Source of the DNA: Octopus vulgaris | Lineage: Eukaryota | Direction: 5' to 3' | NCBI GenBank assembly: GCA_951406725.2 | Contig: OX597819.1 | Span: 92,256,001 to 92,320,000 of the forward strand | Length of the DNA: 64,000 nucleotides | Shown here: in pieces, positions 1 to 14,010 of the stretch | How the letters are laid out: each line of letters begins with the position of its first letter | Position numbering within the stretch: the first letter of the stretch is position 1 | The notes under the pieces: model-generated | Seen by the model: only the letters and a program-made list of their open reading frames with translations | Database searches by the model: none | Told to the model about the DNA's origin: nothing | Program-made: the position numbers and the translations under genes

Positions 1-844
1 AAAAATAAAAACATATGTAGGATACTCACACACAGAAACACACACAAACACATACACAAACACACACACACACATGTATACTTAAATGTAGATTTGTTGG
101 AACAAAATATTTTGCGTCGATTTGAAAAGCCATCGTATATCGTTCATATCGAATCATATCGTTCATATCGTCAGCGGGGAGATGAATCTCCACCAACTAC
201 AGCGCCGAGACGACCATTTCACGTGATTTCGGTCTTCCTTGATCTTTCCGGAAATGGACTCTCGACCGCTAGAGATAACAGCTACTCATCTCTTCACTAG
301 CGATGTTTAGACAATCAGTACTAGAACAGGGCCTGGTGTCGCGATTAGCCAATTATCTAGTTGAAATTATATATATCAGCGACGGATTCAGTGTTAATAC
401 CAAGAAGTAATATTTATTCCCACCTAAACGATGTTCTGTTAGAACAAACTTTATTGCAGCAGAGACCTTAAAATAAATTCTCAAATATGTGCTCCAAATT
501 TCTAAAAATACTTGTTCTAGGCTAATTGGAAAAAAGGAAGGTGCTTTACTATACGTCTATATTAATGAAATTTCCACATCCTTTTATCTATGAAAAAGAC
601 AAAACAGAGTTTGCTTCCATAACATTCTGGTTTCTTCAGCGTGGCAATTTGATTGTTTTCTATTCAATCGTCACACCTTCCTATCACAATGAGAAACATT
701 AGCTTAGGGCTTCTCAAACAACATGAGGAAAGAGATTGAATGAGGAGGTTCACCGCGAATTAATCCTCAGGAAATTCTCCACGCATGACATTTCGTTACT
801 TCCATGAATTCATCCTACTTGAGCAGAGCTGACAGGCGTAAGCT

Positions 845-1000
845 AGTCGATGTAATCGACCCCATTTCTCAATTGATTCTTATTTCATCAACTTCGAAAA
901 GAGGAAAGTTAAATCGAGCTGCGTGGAATTTGAACTGAGAATGTAAAGACGGACAAAATGCCGATATGCATTTTGTCCGACCTGCTATCGATTCTGCCAG
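845..1000 (-). mobile_element. Diverged SINE family B
   Basis: gtcgatgtaatcgacccc...ggaatttgaactgagaa...gattctgccag. Confidence 0.7.
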
Positions 1001-1546
1001 GTTGATCAACGATAGTAACAACACAAACAAGCAAACACATAAACAAACAAACAAACAAATGAAAAACAAGTAAAAGTGTCGTCACATTTTGGTCACATAA
1101 CTTCATAGACCTCGCAGCTGAAATGTCACTTTAATATCACTCTACCTTTTAAAAAGGAATACAGGAAGGACGCCTTATAGAATGTCGTCCTGCACCCGCC
1201 CTCAATAAAATCAATATAACAATACTGGAATGCATTTGACCGTAGGCCTGCTTAACTAAAACTGAATTGTGTGCGAAAAGACAACAACAATGACAATTAC
1301 TCTATCAGCAGTACTCAAAACAACCAGAAAAACAGTATTACCAACAATGCCGCTGTCTTAACACTGGTTACAATCATGTGTCAAAATCATCAATAATACA
1401 GTCAGTGCCTGTGTTATATGCACTAACTGCCAATGTTCCACATCCTATCATATCCTCTAATACTTCCTGCTTTCATCTTTACATCGTCACCTTTCACACT
1501 GTCGTTGTTGTCACTTCCTATTCTGTTCCAGGCCTCACATACTATG

Positions 1547-1840
1547 ATGGATTTTAGCCTTGATAAGTGTGCTAAAGCAACTTTTGTAAGAGGCAAGAAT
1601 TTCCAGTAAATTAGATACCGACACTACCACCAAGGAGCTTGACCCACAAGAAAGCTATAAATACATGGGGATAAACGAAGGAGATGGTATACAACGTGCT
1701 ACAATGAAGGAAAAAAAACGAAAGGAGTATCATAGGAGAATATGGCTCATACTAAAAACTGAACACAACGCCAAATATCGTATCGAAGCCATTAACACTC
1801 TGGCACCTCAAGTAATCCAATACAGTTTTAACATTTTTAA
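1547..1840 (+). pseudogene. R4/Dong-clade RT fragment
   Basis: MDFSLDKCAK...ESYKYMGI...KEYHRRIWLILKTEHNAKYRIEAINTLA. Confidence 0.8.
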
Positions 1841-3449
1841 CGATTTTGCTAGCTCATCACCGCCACCTAACAGCAACAACATCAACAATATGGAGTGGAC
1901 GTGTTAACGGGTGTCTTTATATTGGTTGTTGCGATTGCTGGAATTACCAGACAAATTTCTCTCGGTAGCAACGAAACTACAAACGGTGAACTATTTCGTT
2001 GTCGTAGAGTGATACTCCGATAACGACTGCTCTTGAGATCCAAGATTCATGGATCATCACCCCACCACCATTACTTCCCCTGCCTCAACATGGGAGGTGG
2101 GATAGACTGAAAGAAACAACTCCAGGGAATCATTCTTGATATTAAACACAAATGCTAAATAAAAATAGAGCTGGGTAATATGGTGAAGTGTAAAAACCGA
2201 GTAATTGAATTTATCAAAACAATGAGTAGATAGGCGCTTCCATTAGAGGTACCTAAAAACCTAACAATAAATAAATAAATAGATAAATAACTTATTTAGC
2301 CAAAAAAGATAACTCCTATACAATCAGTTTTTAGAAATTTTGGGCGCTCTATAAGAATTGTAAATACTATCTGACGGGCGTTTTTGCCGACTAATTGACA
2401 GGATAATCTCATTTGGCCGATTTTTTGTAAAACTCAACCACAAGCATATGCACAAACACCACGATAATTCTGATGCCCTTAACATCCGCACTCGTAACGA
2501 CAACGACCGAAGGCACACACCACCACCACCACCACAACCACCACCACCACCACCATACAATCATTACCATCACTAGTACCATCGTGGCTCCACCCCACTC
2601 TCATCGTTATAGCCGCTATTTCCATCTCCGTCGCCACGGTCATGAAAGTAACTAACACCACAATATTTCGACCACACCATTATTATCGCCATCACTTCTA
2701 CTAGCACCAATACGCCCCGCCCACTCTACCATCAGATAGGCTATCAGCTCCTTCAATACAACATGCAACGCCGGTTCCTATTATATTTTACTGATAAGTA
2801 CCTCTGCTGTAATTGTTTATTGCTAGCAATCACACCAGACATTAAAAGTACAGTTTATCTCCAGTTTTGTATCTAACAACATTCCAACACCCCATCCCTT
2901 ACAAACATATATATTTCCCCCAGCTCACTAATCACAATTCCAGCATTGCCACTAAACACCATTCTTCCAATAGACAACAATGTAAACAACAAAAGAAACA
3001 ACAAGAGCAACAACCCCAATAACACCGCCATTGCTAACACTGCCGCTGCTGATACTATCAATATCAATAAAACAACGCCATCTTTAGATACATTTTAGCC
3101 AATGAACCAATGAGGGAGCTCCTATGTGGCTGCTAGACTTGCTAAAAATAGCTCGCATTTCTCTTTCTCTCTCTCTCTCTTTTTACTATCTTAATAAAAC
3201 GAACACATTTGTATATTGTAGTCGATACATTATTCCCGAGAAAAAATAATAAAAGTCGAGATTGTGAAGGCAGGAATGCCTTTGACTCATTGCCTTTGTC
3301 GGCAGGGTTGACGTGTGGCAGAACAACAATAACAACATCAATCGTTAACATAAAAACAAATTCTACCATCATAGTACTAAACTGTACTAACCAACATTAA
3401 TATCGCTGCAGGAAGCATTACTAATATAAAAAAAAAACTGTACCATCGG

Positions 3450-4170
3450 TTCTAACATCTCAGTTAATATTACTCATTACATCTAAGTCATCACAGTCGC
3501 TGGAAACTTAGAGTGCATCATTCCGGGAACATCAGAAAGATCTGGACATAACCATCCGTCATTTCTCCTGTTAGACATCTGACCCTAGTCGAAGTTTTTC
3601 TCATTAAAGAAGAGCCAAAGCATGTCATGTTCGTGAGGGTTTTTAACGTTGCTAAGTAACTGATTGACACGGACCAAATAGACAGAAATTGGTCTCTTCA
3701 TTAGACTTGTACATTAGACATTAGACTTGTATCGAATGTTCTCATCCACTGTAGTTCTGACTGTCCACTCCGGCACCTGATATTCGCTGGTGATGGCTTT
3801 CATTGATTATCTAGGATCATCAGCGATAAGATTTTGGACGCGTTGGACGAATTGCGAGTCTTTTCTATAGTGTGCGAACATTTAGGGTTCTTTTTGTGTG
3901 TTGTTGATACAGATGAAACGCTTCTGCTAGAGACTTCCAATTCCATCTGAACCTTTATGTACAAAAGGTCTTGCATCATTTAGAAAGTTGGCAATATCTA
4001 AATTGCAGTATTCTCCACATAGAGTGACAATGATTGCATGTCTTTTCATTTCTTGTGTTAGCATTTTATCTACTTTGGCGGATTTGAAACAAGTTTTAAA
4101 AATCCTAATTATTTAGAAGAGAGTAATATGCTTATAATTAAATGTCCTCAAATACCCCTTGCAATCTGTA
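3450..4170 (-). pseudogene. Tc1/mariner-superfamily transposase, N-terminal half
   Basis: MKRHAII...FVQRVQNLIADDP...LWLFFNEKNF...NRRNDGWLC...HSKFPATVM. Confidence 0.7.
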
Positions 4171-4189
4171 TATATATATACATATATCT

Positions 4190-4574
4190 GCAGTAAGGCA
4201 TTATTTTCCAAATACGCCAGCTAAGCTAAGTTGAATTGTCTAAAGTCGTAAGACACCTGTTGTTGTTGTTGTTTTTGTCCTGTTATTATTATTGTTTTTT
4301 GTATTTATATTCGTGTGACATCGACCGTTTTTCTGTCTTTGTTTCGTATACATTCAATCCTTTTTCCAAGAGATCTAATGCTCGTAGCTTAGTTTTTCTT
4401 TGGAGCTGGCCGGATCGGAGCGATCTCACGATTAATCGGCCGAAATTGCGAGGATGATCCGGTTCTTGACTGAAGATTAGTGGCTTCGAATGACCCGTCC
4501 GTTTTTTGTGTTGTCTATGTGAATGTTTTGCGTTCTTGTCCAATTTTGTATTATTATTATTTGTTATTATGTAT

Positions 4575-4577
<3 letters not shown>
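4190..4577. mobile_element. (TA)n-embedded non-coding repeat, family shared with 26730-27420 and 34390-35003
   Basis: Shared blocks: tacgccagct, agacac(c/t)tgttg, atctaatgctc-tagcttagtttttctttgg, ggccgaaattgc, gaatgacc. Confidence 0.7.
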
Positions 4578-4629
<52 letters not shown>

Positions 4630-5686
4630 AATGGCTGAATACCTTTGATTATAAGTCGGTTTGATCAGAAATGAGACACAAAACCAAATAACAACTACAG
4701 TAAGAAAACTGAAGAACACATTCTGTCTATTTTATGGCTTAACCAGAGGAGGAAGGATATTCACATACAGCTCCTTTGTAGGAACTTGAAGACTTATGGA
4801 AACAGAGCATAAAAAAACACGTGCCATGTTTGCTGCTGTAGGCATCATGGTGTTAAGGTGTCATGTTATTTTTTTAGACCGTGGTATCTTACAACAGAAA
4901 AGATTGCCCTAAAGACAACCAAGAGACAGATGACGGTTTTATAACAGCATTTAACAGGATGCCACTAACAACAAAGAGAACAGACCATGAATATTTACCG
5001 TGTTAATACAAATTTTGATGTGAAAATAATGAAACTGATAGAAATACATATGCAGCGAGAAACATGTTAGTTAGTGATATGTAAAATTCTCACTTTTCTG
5101 GTAAATAGGGGAGACAACTTTAGTTAACTTTCGGTCTTGTTTGACTTCAGCAGTAAACTATAGCCTTACACCGTTCTGGCGAGGGGTGGGGAGAAGAAAA
5201 GAGAGGAAACAAGCGAAAACAAGATTGTGCATTGGTTGGTTGGTGTAGAAAAATAGAAAAATAGAGCGGTTTAAAATAATAATTCGAAAACACCCAAATA
5301 ATAATAATGTTTTTTTGCAAAATATTTTTTAGTTATTCCGTTAACTTAAAAATAATGAAAGGTAAGGAGACTGAGTGAAAAAGAAAGAGACACACACACA
5401 CACACAAAATGGGAAACATAATTAGTTAGAAAATCAGATAGACAGACAAACAGACAGACAGGGTGTTGAAAGAAAAGCCATATCGTAAATCCATTATACG
5501 ATAAATAAATAGATTTTGCAGATTGAAAAAAAAAAGTAATAACGAATAAATAAAAAGCACAGAAAAAAATGGAAAATAAAAAATAACAATAAAAGAATTA
5601 CCATTCGCTTGTTGTTCGATTATCGTTTGTACATTGGAGGTGATAATGATCCAGTACTGGACGTGCACGTGAGTGCATGCGTTATC

Positions 5687-5751
<65 letters not shown>

Positions 5752-5831
5752 GTATATATATATATATGTATGTATATATATATATGTATGTATATATATA
5801 TATATGTATGTATGTGTATATATATATATAC

Positions 5832-5904
<73 letters not shown>

Positions 5905-7115
5905 CATATACATATATATATGCATATATATATATATTGTATATACATATATATGCATATGTGTGTGTGAGTGTGTGTGTGTATGTATATGCGTGAATGT
6001 ATGTAAATGTGCTTAGATATTTATGCGTATATGTGTGCGCGTATGCTGTGAAAGGATTAAGGTCAATAATGGTTCCGTTCTGAAGTGCTTGTCGAATGTT
6101 ATTTTTCCTTCAGGCATCAATGGAATTATCGGACGGGGTTGTGGGGGTAGAAAAATTATATTTATAGATATGTTTACGTTCAAAAAACATCGCCCCCACG
6201 ACCGTCGTCGTCGTTGCCGTCATCACCATCGTGAACAAGAATATAAATAGCAAAGAAAACAAACCCGTTAAATATGTCAAAAACAGCGGTAACTTCCTTC
6301 AACAATAACAACAACAATGAGCTTTAAGTGGACCTATGAATGAGCCTCTACGTGGCCACTTGAATTGCAAGAAATGGTAGCCATAGGCAAAAACCAACAC
6401 TCGTGATAAAACATGCTTGTTGGATAACATTGATCGGGGTTTATGATTGCTACGAAAATGATGGGGGGATCACTTCTCAAAAATCTTAAACTTTAGATTT
6501 GGTTGATCAGGGGTTGGCCAAGGGCTAAACAGCAATAAAATACTGGTATCAGCATGAACATGAAACAATGACGATGTCACAAAATGTCGATTTCACTATT
6601 GCCCGCAAAACACATTCTAGCATTTAGAAAAGTCAAGTGGGACGTGTAGTCCCAAGTCACTCATGCCAAATTGAAAACAGGATAGTCGCGATCGGAATGC
6701 TATTAATCTTAAGCCAACTCGATCAAGAACAGCATCAGCAATACGTACCAATGATGGAGCTAGAAATAGCAGGCGCGCTTCCCTCAAATTCCCCCCTTCT
6801 GCCACTCCCTTCTATCTCATATACAATACTGTAGGCAAAATATATCAGAAAAATCCAGATGGGACGGCTGTGGTTAGAACGCCTGTGAACGTAGCTTTGC
6901 TCGATTCGGGCTAAACAACAACAAGCGGCCACACCCACATATCTACCAACACTACGGACATCGCAAATGTAAATCGCGAGGAACATTGCTACTAGTATTG
7001 ATTTAGTAAGTATGGCTGACTCACAGTTCGTTCTCACTGGAAAGACAAAAGGCAACGTCGAACATTGAACTCAGAAATAACAGGAGAGTAGCTGACAGCC
7101 TCTGCTGATCGTTTG

Positions 7116-7184
<69 letters not shown>

Positions 7185-7779
7185 GTTACTACTACTAGTG
7201 AATAGACCGGCGGTCAGTTACCGCCTATACATTCATCGGGGATAACACGGTACGCTCACAATGAACTGTGTTACGCTTATCACGAATTGATCTGTGATAA
7301 CACGGATCTGCACCCAGTCAACGATTCTACTTGGGCCACAAAAGCGCGTCACAACGACAATCTACAATGCTCAGTACAACTTGGGGTCTCGGAAGGAAAA
7401 CTACTTTTCTCATATTTTCTATTATTCACATATCACTGATTCATGTAAGACAGATTTTTTTTTAATGAACGTTCGTTATTTACGAGGCTAAATCTAAAAA
7501 ATTAGTGTTCCTGTTATCAAAAATCGGAAGAAGAAGCGGCAAAGTATAACTGAGCGAAATTTGGACTAAGTACATAAAAGAACCAAATACAAACGTAGGG
7601 CAATTTATTACAACCAACAACGGAAGTATCAACACAAGCAATAACAACAATAACAATAACAAAAACAATAATGATGATAAAATACAAGTTATGTCAATCA
7701 AATCTAATTCTAAGGGAAATAAGTTATTAGTAATAATTTCTTTTGGAGACATCCTATTCCGTTCAAGATGTGACAACTA

Positions 7780-8190
7780 GCTATGTTGGACATTATGCAA
7801 ATAACTTCGCCTGATATCGCTAAGTGACAGAGTTATCTGTGAAAAAAGCGAGATATTTGTAACGATAAAATAATTTGTTAATATTCAACAGTGTTAAATT
7901 TTGCTGGAAATATTCAATCGAAGTGTCACAGTTCGCAATGCTCAACCTTAGCAGAACACATTATTGTGCTAGCGCTAAATGACTTTGGAATTATCTGTGA
8001 AGAAAGTAGGATATTTGCGAAGATAAAAATAATCTGTTAATATTCAAGGGGTTTAATTCCTGTTGTAAACATCAAATTCTAATGTGATACATTGCTATGT
8101 TCGATATTAATAAACTGAATTATCTTTCTGGTGAAATGTGGTTTATGAATTATCTCTGAAATAAGTGAGGAAATTGTGAGTATAATATCG
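7780..8190. repeat. Diverged tandem repeat, ~157-bp unit, ~2.6 copies
   Basis: gc(t/a)atg(t/c)t at 7780, 7935 and 8094. ttatct(g/c)tgaa and gttaatattcaa also recur. Confidence 0.7.
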
Positions 8191-8894
8191 TTTATCTTTT
8201 AGTTTTTCCAGTCATTGGACGTCGGCCATGCTTGAGCAACGAAATAAACGTTATAGTCGAAGAAATCGAGTCGAGTATACTCTGTTTAATTCTGGTATTT
8301 AAGCGTTAAGTTACAGAGACGTTAACAAACCAACAGCAGTTCTCAAACGCTGGTAGGGAACAAACACAAACACAGACATATATACATAGATATATATACA
8401 TATATGTATGCATACGCACACAAACACACGCACAACATACATACACGCAAACACACACACACATATGTATATATAACGACTTTCAGTTTCCGTCTACTCA
8501 ATGACTTTACAAAGCTTTGGTCGGCTCGGGGCTATAGTAGGAGACACTCTCCCAAGGTGCTACGCATTGGAATTGGACCCTTAACTAAATTCATTTGGTG
8601 CCACCGTGTCACAATATATTACACAAGTCATAAACATTTAGAAACTATATAAGGAAACATGAAACACTGTCTATTAATACTTTTTGTTTGTTGGTTTCTA
8701 CTCTGAGCATAGGATTTGCTGCTATGCCCATCTTTTAATTTTATATACTACTGGATCAACACTCTACAATGTGTCATTCTTTGTTAGAGAATAATTTGAG
8801 TGAGATCTGGCTGCTATTTCTGGCAAGTTGAGTGAACATCCCTTAGTGGCACGTGACTCTCGTTGACTCAGTAGGTTACCCTGAGCATCTTGTA

Positions 8895-8939
<45 letters not shown>

Positions 8940-8974
8940 CAATGTATATATATATATATATACACACACATATG

Positions 8975-9092
8975 TGGAGGCGCAACCGCCCAGTGGTTTG
9001 GGCAGCGGACTCACGGTCGTAGGATCGCGGTTTCGATTCCAAGACTGGGCGTTGTGAGTGTTTATTGAGCGAAAACACCTAAAGCTCCACGC
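8975..9092 (+). mobile_element. 3'-truncated SINE family A
   Basis: ggaggcgcaa...gattccaagactgggcgttgtgagtg...aaagctccacg. Confidence 0.8.
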
Positions 9093-9258
9093 GTCCCCGC
9101 ACGCATAAATGAATCCTTCTTTTAAAGAGAGTAGAAAGTGATTTGAGGGAGATCTGGTTGCTGTTTCTTGCTAGTTTATCATGCTCAGAGAAGAACTCTC
9201 ACGGTGCTGCTTGACTCTCTCATTGTTTTGAGATGGTTGTAAGAAAACTGTCACTGAA

Positions 9259-9703
9259 TCAACATGGCAAGCCACAAAGTGGGGGGTGTTACTGTAGCTA
9301 TTTAGCCCCAGGAGATAGACGTCTCCAGCTTGCTTTAGACACACCTTATGTGCCCTTCAGGTATTTGCAAAGGGAAGCCATCCCTTCCTCGTAAGCCTTA
9401 GTGATACGCACCGGACCGCGGTTTCGAGATTATTGTCTTTTATCAACGGGCGGTAACCACCAGGTCACGATGAAAGGCAAGGTTTGCTTTGCAAATATAT
9501 AAGAGTTTTTCTAGTGACGTCTGCCACTGATTTCGAAAAACTGACTGTAAGCATTATTAAATCACAGAGCGAGATGTAAACAGTAGCCGATCAACAACGT
9601 AAAGTATAAAAGCCATCTCAACATGGCCAACCACAAAGAGGGGGTGTTACTGTAGCTATTTAGCCCCAGGAGATCGACGTCTCCATCTGGCTTTAGACAC
9701 ACT
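9259..9703 (-). mobile_element. ~1.25-unit tandem of a 359-nt hammerhead-bearing element
   Basis: ~85-bp direct repeat tcaacatgg...ctttagacacac at 9259 and 9618, with a hammerhead-like motif between the copies. Confidence 0.75.
9407..9452 (-). ncRNA. Minimal type I hammerhead with U3/A8 core variant
   Basis: Minus strand: cgcccg-TTGATAA-aagacaataatctc-GAAA-ccgcgg-TC-cggtgcg. The stem II closing pair is mismatched. Confidence 0.6.
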
Positions 9704-10224
9704 TTCTGTATATCAAATAAGATGAAAACAACAACAACAAAAATAACAACAATAACAACAACAACAACAGCAGCAGCAACAATAAAAATAGATGGAAAAG
9801 TAACCTAGACTAAAACTCAGCGGAACCCCAAGAAATATGTTGCTCGGTTCTAAACGAGTACCTTACCGAACGGGAAGTAATTCGTTCGCTTTTTAAATAA
9901 ATCACACTTTTTATTGCAGTAATGCCAAGAGAAATGCTTCGAAAGAATCAAGGGGGAAGAGATACGTTCGTATCACAACATTTAGAATAAAGGAAAAATG
10001 TCATTGTTCTGGTGCCAAAGTAGGAGTTAACAAAATTATTTTCTGCTTTGATTTTTGCTTCTTTATTTCTTATCTTTTTCTTTGTGTAAAGGAATGAAAT
10101 TTGTTATTTTAGACATTAGAATAACTATGAAGTTTGGTGCCGGAAAACTAATAAATCAGTTGCTACATTTTGGTTATGTTTAGAGTACATTTTGCTGGAA
10201 GAAATATGTTTGCGTTTGCATATT

Positions 10225-10344
<120 letters not shown>

Positions 10345-13300
10345 ATGTTCATATATATATAAATATATATGCTGGTATGTTTATACATACATGCGTGCTT
10401 GTGTGTGTGTGTGTGTACGTGTGTGTGTGTTTGTTCTTCCGATATCTGTCTTGTTGAATTTACTTCATGTACCACCCGATAAATGTGTTATCGTAATTCT
10501 TTTAAAATCTTATTTTGTCTAACGGTGTTTTATGGTTATTAGTCCAGTTTCTCATAAGCGATATTAATTTTACTTCTTTTGAAACACTTCCCATAATTAT
10601 TGGTTGCTTCAGGCCTGTTTTACCGTTGGTAGCTTGCCATCCTTTTAAGATTGGTCCTAAAAGTCACTCTACTGAAACAAGCATAATACGTTGATAGGGA
10701 ATGCGGGTACTTTAAAAGTACCTTACGGAGTGACTGCTCTACCCTGCATAGTTACGCCTGCCCTTTGGCAAGGCATAGTCCCTGATCAGCCACTCTGCGA
10801 AGTCATCCGACTGCAGCTGGGCGGATTGTGAAAGGCAGGTTAAGAGCCCAGGGTAATTGGGCCAACGGTGCTTCACATAATGATGCTGGACAAAGAAATC
10901 CTACACCAAAAGTCAGGATCACAAAGCTCTATTACGGAGTATAACTGCAACACATATGAAGGAGCGGCGTTCATGGTTGCGTAATCAGCTAATGAAATAC
11001 TCAGAACTAAAGCTCCCAATTCAATTATAAATAAAGTTATGTGGCGACAAAAAATCATGGAAAACCGAGCAAGTACCGCAACCGGATATATATATATATG
11101 TATATACGTATATGTATATATATATATATGTAAATATATATATATTTCATATTCGTCTATTTTCAAATAAAAGAAGCAAAAAATAATACATGCGTTATGT
11201 TTTTCAAAGAGTTAAGTTAGAGATCACTAAAGAGAACTGATGAAAAAGAGAGAAATTAAGGAAAAAAGAGTCTGGGATAACAAGCATAAGAGAGATACAG
11301 AGTGGAAAGAGAGAATACATAAAAAAGTGCAAGAAAGGATATAATAAAAGATGAATGAATATATACGTTTAAGTTCACCTTAGACCACTAACTCTGTGTG
11401 TGCGTGTGTGTGTGTATATACAGATAGATAAATAGATAGAGAGATATACATATAGATAGATAGACAGATAAACAGACAGATATATAGATAGATAAAGTAA
11501 GTTCAAGGAAACTAGTGTTGGTCAGTGACAATATTAAATGCAAAGGTGACAGAAATTGAAAAGCAAAGTTGTGTAGTTTCAGTGCCCAACTTTTAAAACT
11601 TCAGGTTTTAAAATATCAGTGTGAACAAAGAGGAAAAGTGCAGAGTTGTAAAACTTCTATGTTTGAACGACTGGCTGCAACTGAATGGGAACGCTAATCA
11701 TTTCGACCGCCTATACATATGAAGAAGTGGGAAAGAAAATTTTCACCAAGTCTTTCTTTCTTAATACTTCCCTACCTACGATCGTACGCATACACACAAA
11801 CGCATACGCACATATAGATGTAGATATATGCAGGTACATGTAAACCCAGAAACTCATACGTACCCAGGCACAGACATACACCTCATATATGTGAAATTTA
11901 TTATAGTGTATGGCTGCACAAATGTTTTATTTCTCACTTGTTTCTGTTGAAATATGAGATACATCTATTAGTTTTTAACGATTCATGTGTTTATGAGATA
12001 AGATCATAGAATCACTAGTGATTAGTATATATCATCTTGATCTCGATAACTACTTTACTTATTCTTAAATAGTTTGAGAGGCAAGTGAACTAAATTGTGA
12101 GTTTCAAATACGCAACTGCATCACCTAGGAAAATTAATATACATATATTAGCTTTCAAACGAAAGTTAAACTCATATTAACAGATTTCAGACTCCTAAAT
12201 CTCCGAATTTAAAATGCCACAAGAAGAAACCAGAATTAATGATATGCATATGTAAATAAGGACAATGTTATAGAACAAATATATCAAGGTAGACATCTAG
12301 GTGCACTAAACTGATTTATTTTCATACACGTATATCTTTTAGTATGTGTAAAGCTCCATCCACTTGCATAAACATATACATATATATATATACATATATA
12401 TATTATAAATGTTCTGTTACTACACAGCCATTACACCTTTCAACCCACTTTATTCTTAAGTTTCGCAGCATCACTACCAATGTATTAGTAATTTATAATT
12501 TAAGACATAATTTTATCTCCTGACGAACGCAATCTAAAATTGCCTTCCGCAGAAACCTAAATCATTGCCCAATTTTTCAGTGCACCAAGGAACATTAATA
12601 TATTAGAACTTCTCTTTAATTCAACGGGCCATTAGACAGTATGTGTAATTCTATTTAGCTTCAGTTATTTCTCATACACTTTAGAAATCAATTCCTAGGA
12701 TAAAATATATATAAAGAATACACATTATTACAAATTACAGAAGGTAGATGTTACAGAATTATATATAAGGAAATGTAGCGATGCTTCTATCATGGAACAT
12801 ATTTTCCTTGGTCTGAGTGATCACATCTCTTTGGGAGAATCTATTGAAAGAGCAAACACATTTCCTCGCCGATGCTTCAATTCGGTCCTAACGTCTTCAA
12901 TTTGAAGCCCTGTCACGAGTCACAAGCACCGCCATTTTAGCAAGTTGGCAAATGTTAATGTTAGATATTTCTGACGACGGCAATCTTGCATCGATATTCT
13001 GCCATAAAAATCTAACAACGAGCGACTTATACCAGAGTGTAATGCATATAAAATCAATATAATTAAAGTTATCTGGAATATATCAAGTGGAAATGTTAGC
13101 ATTAAGTTTACGTGATAGCAGAAAATCTAAATAATGTTTGTTTTAAGCAAGAATGTTCCAAGATTTTCTTTATGTATCTCTGTTGTTAGTTGTTAGTGAT
13201 AGAAAAGAAAAGAAAAAAGGACAGTTTCTATTAATAGATATTTCTGTGACCACTCTGCAATATGTGAAAAATCTTTTAAAAATATACATCACTGACAATA

Positions 13301-13844
13301 CTTCGTATGATCGGTCTGGAGCTAGAAAATGAAATTAACTGCTGCTGCTGATGGTTCTACTATTTTTAAAACCACATTAGGCATTTCTGAACAATGTTTG
13401 CCAATCTTCTATCACAAGATAATAGAAGCAACCACCAATCAACAGCAATTCTACCAGTATCAACTAAACAGTGATGAGAGCAAAATAACGCGAACACACG
13501 AAGAAGAATAAAACACTCACAAAACAAAGAACAAAAGAATAAACCAAATTAAAACCGACGAATCAAATACTGCCGAATCATTGTTAAGTACAAGAGCAAT
13601 AAACGTATGAAAATTATTTATCAAGAAAACCCGTTAATGAAATGTTCCTAATTAATCACATTGTGGCACTGGAGATGACTAAATGTTCTTGTTTAGGAAT
13701 TGATTTATTTCCCTCTAGAAATTATTTGTCAGAAATTAAAAACGTCACTAACTGCAGTAGGTCGCACAAATACAAAGGTGGCGATGCTCTAGCAATATAC
13801 TGGTCTCAAATTTTGGTACAAGGCCAGATATTTCGAAGAAAGGG

Positions 13845-14010
13845 TTAATTCAATTACATCGACCCCACTGCGAAACTTGTACCTATTTTGTCGACTCCGG
13901 AAGGATGAAAGGCAAAGTCTACCTCAACGGAATTTGAACTCAGAACGTAAAGACGGACAAAATACTGCTAAGCATTTTTCCCAGTGTGCTAACGATTCTG
14001 CCAGCTCATA
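13845..14010 (-). mobile_element. Diverged SINE family B
   Basis: ggaaggatgaaaggcaaagtc...ggaatttgaactcagaacg...gattctgccagctc. Confidence 0.8.

Noticed and set aside
3790-3825. CTGATGA...GAAA on the minus strand (similar chance hits at 11237, 50132, 61562)
   Set aside because: No stems I-III, and the first lies inside transposase coding sequence.
5426-6016. Long YI/IY/CV/TH/LSIY-rich ORFs here and throughout the track
   Set aside because: They are translations of stop-free microsatellites.
7780-8190. Repeat array considered as CRISPR-like or retrozyme tandem
   Set aside because: Whole units are homologous with no unique spacers, no ribozyme core is visible, and the context is eukaryotic.
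12512-12570. CTGACGA...GAAA-cctaaa-TC (similar weak cases at ~16743, ~60055, ~61668)
   Set aside because: Possibly decayed hammerheads, but too few stems pair to support a call.
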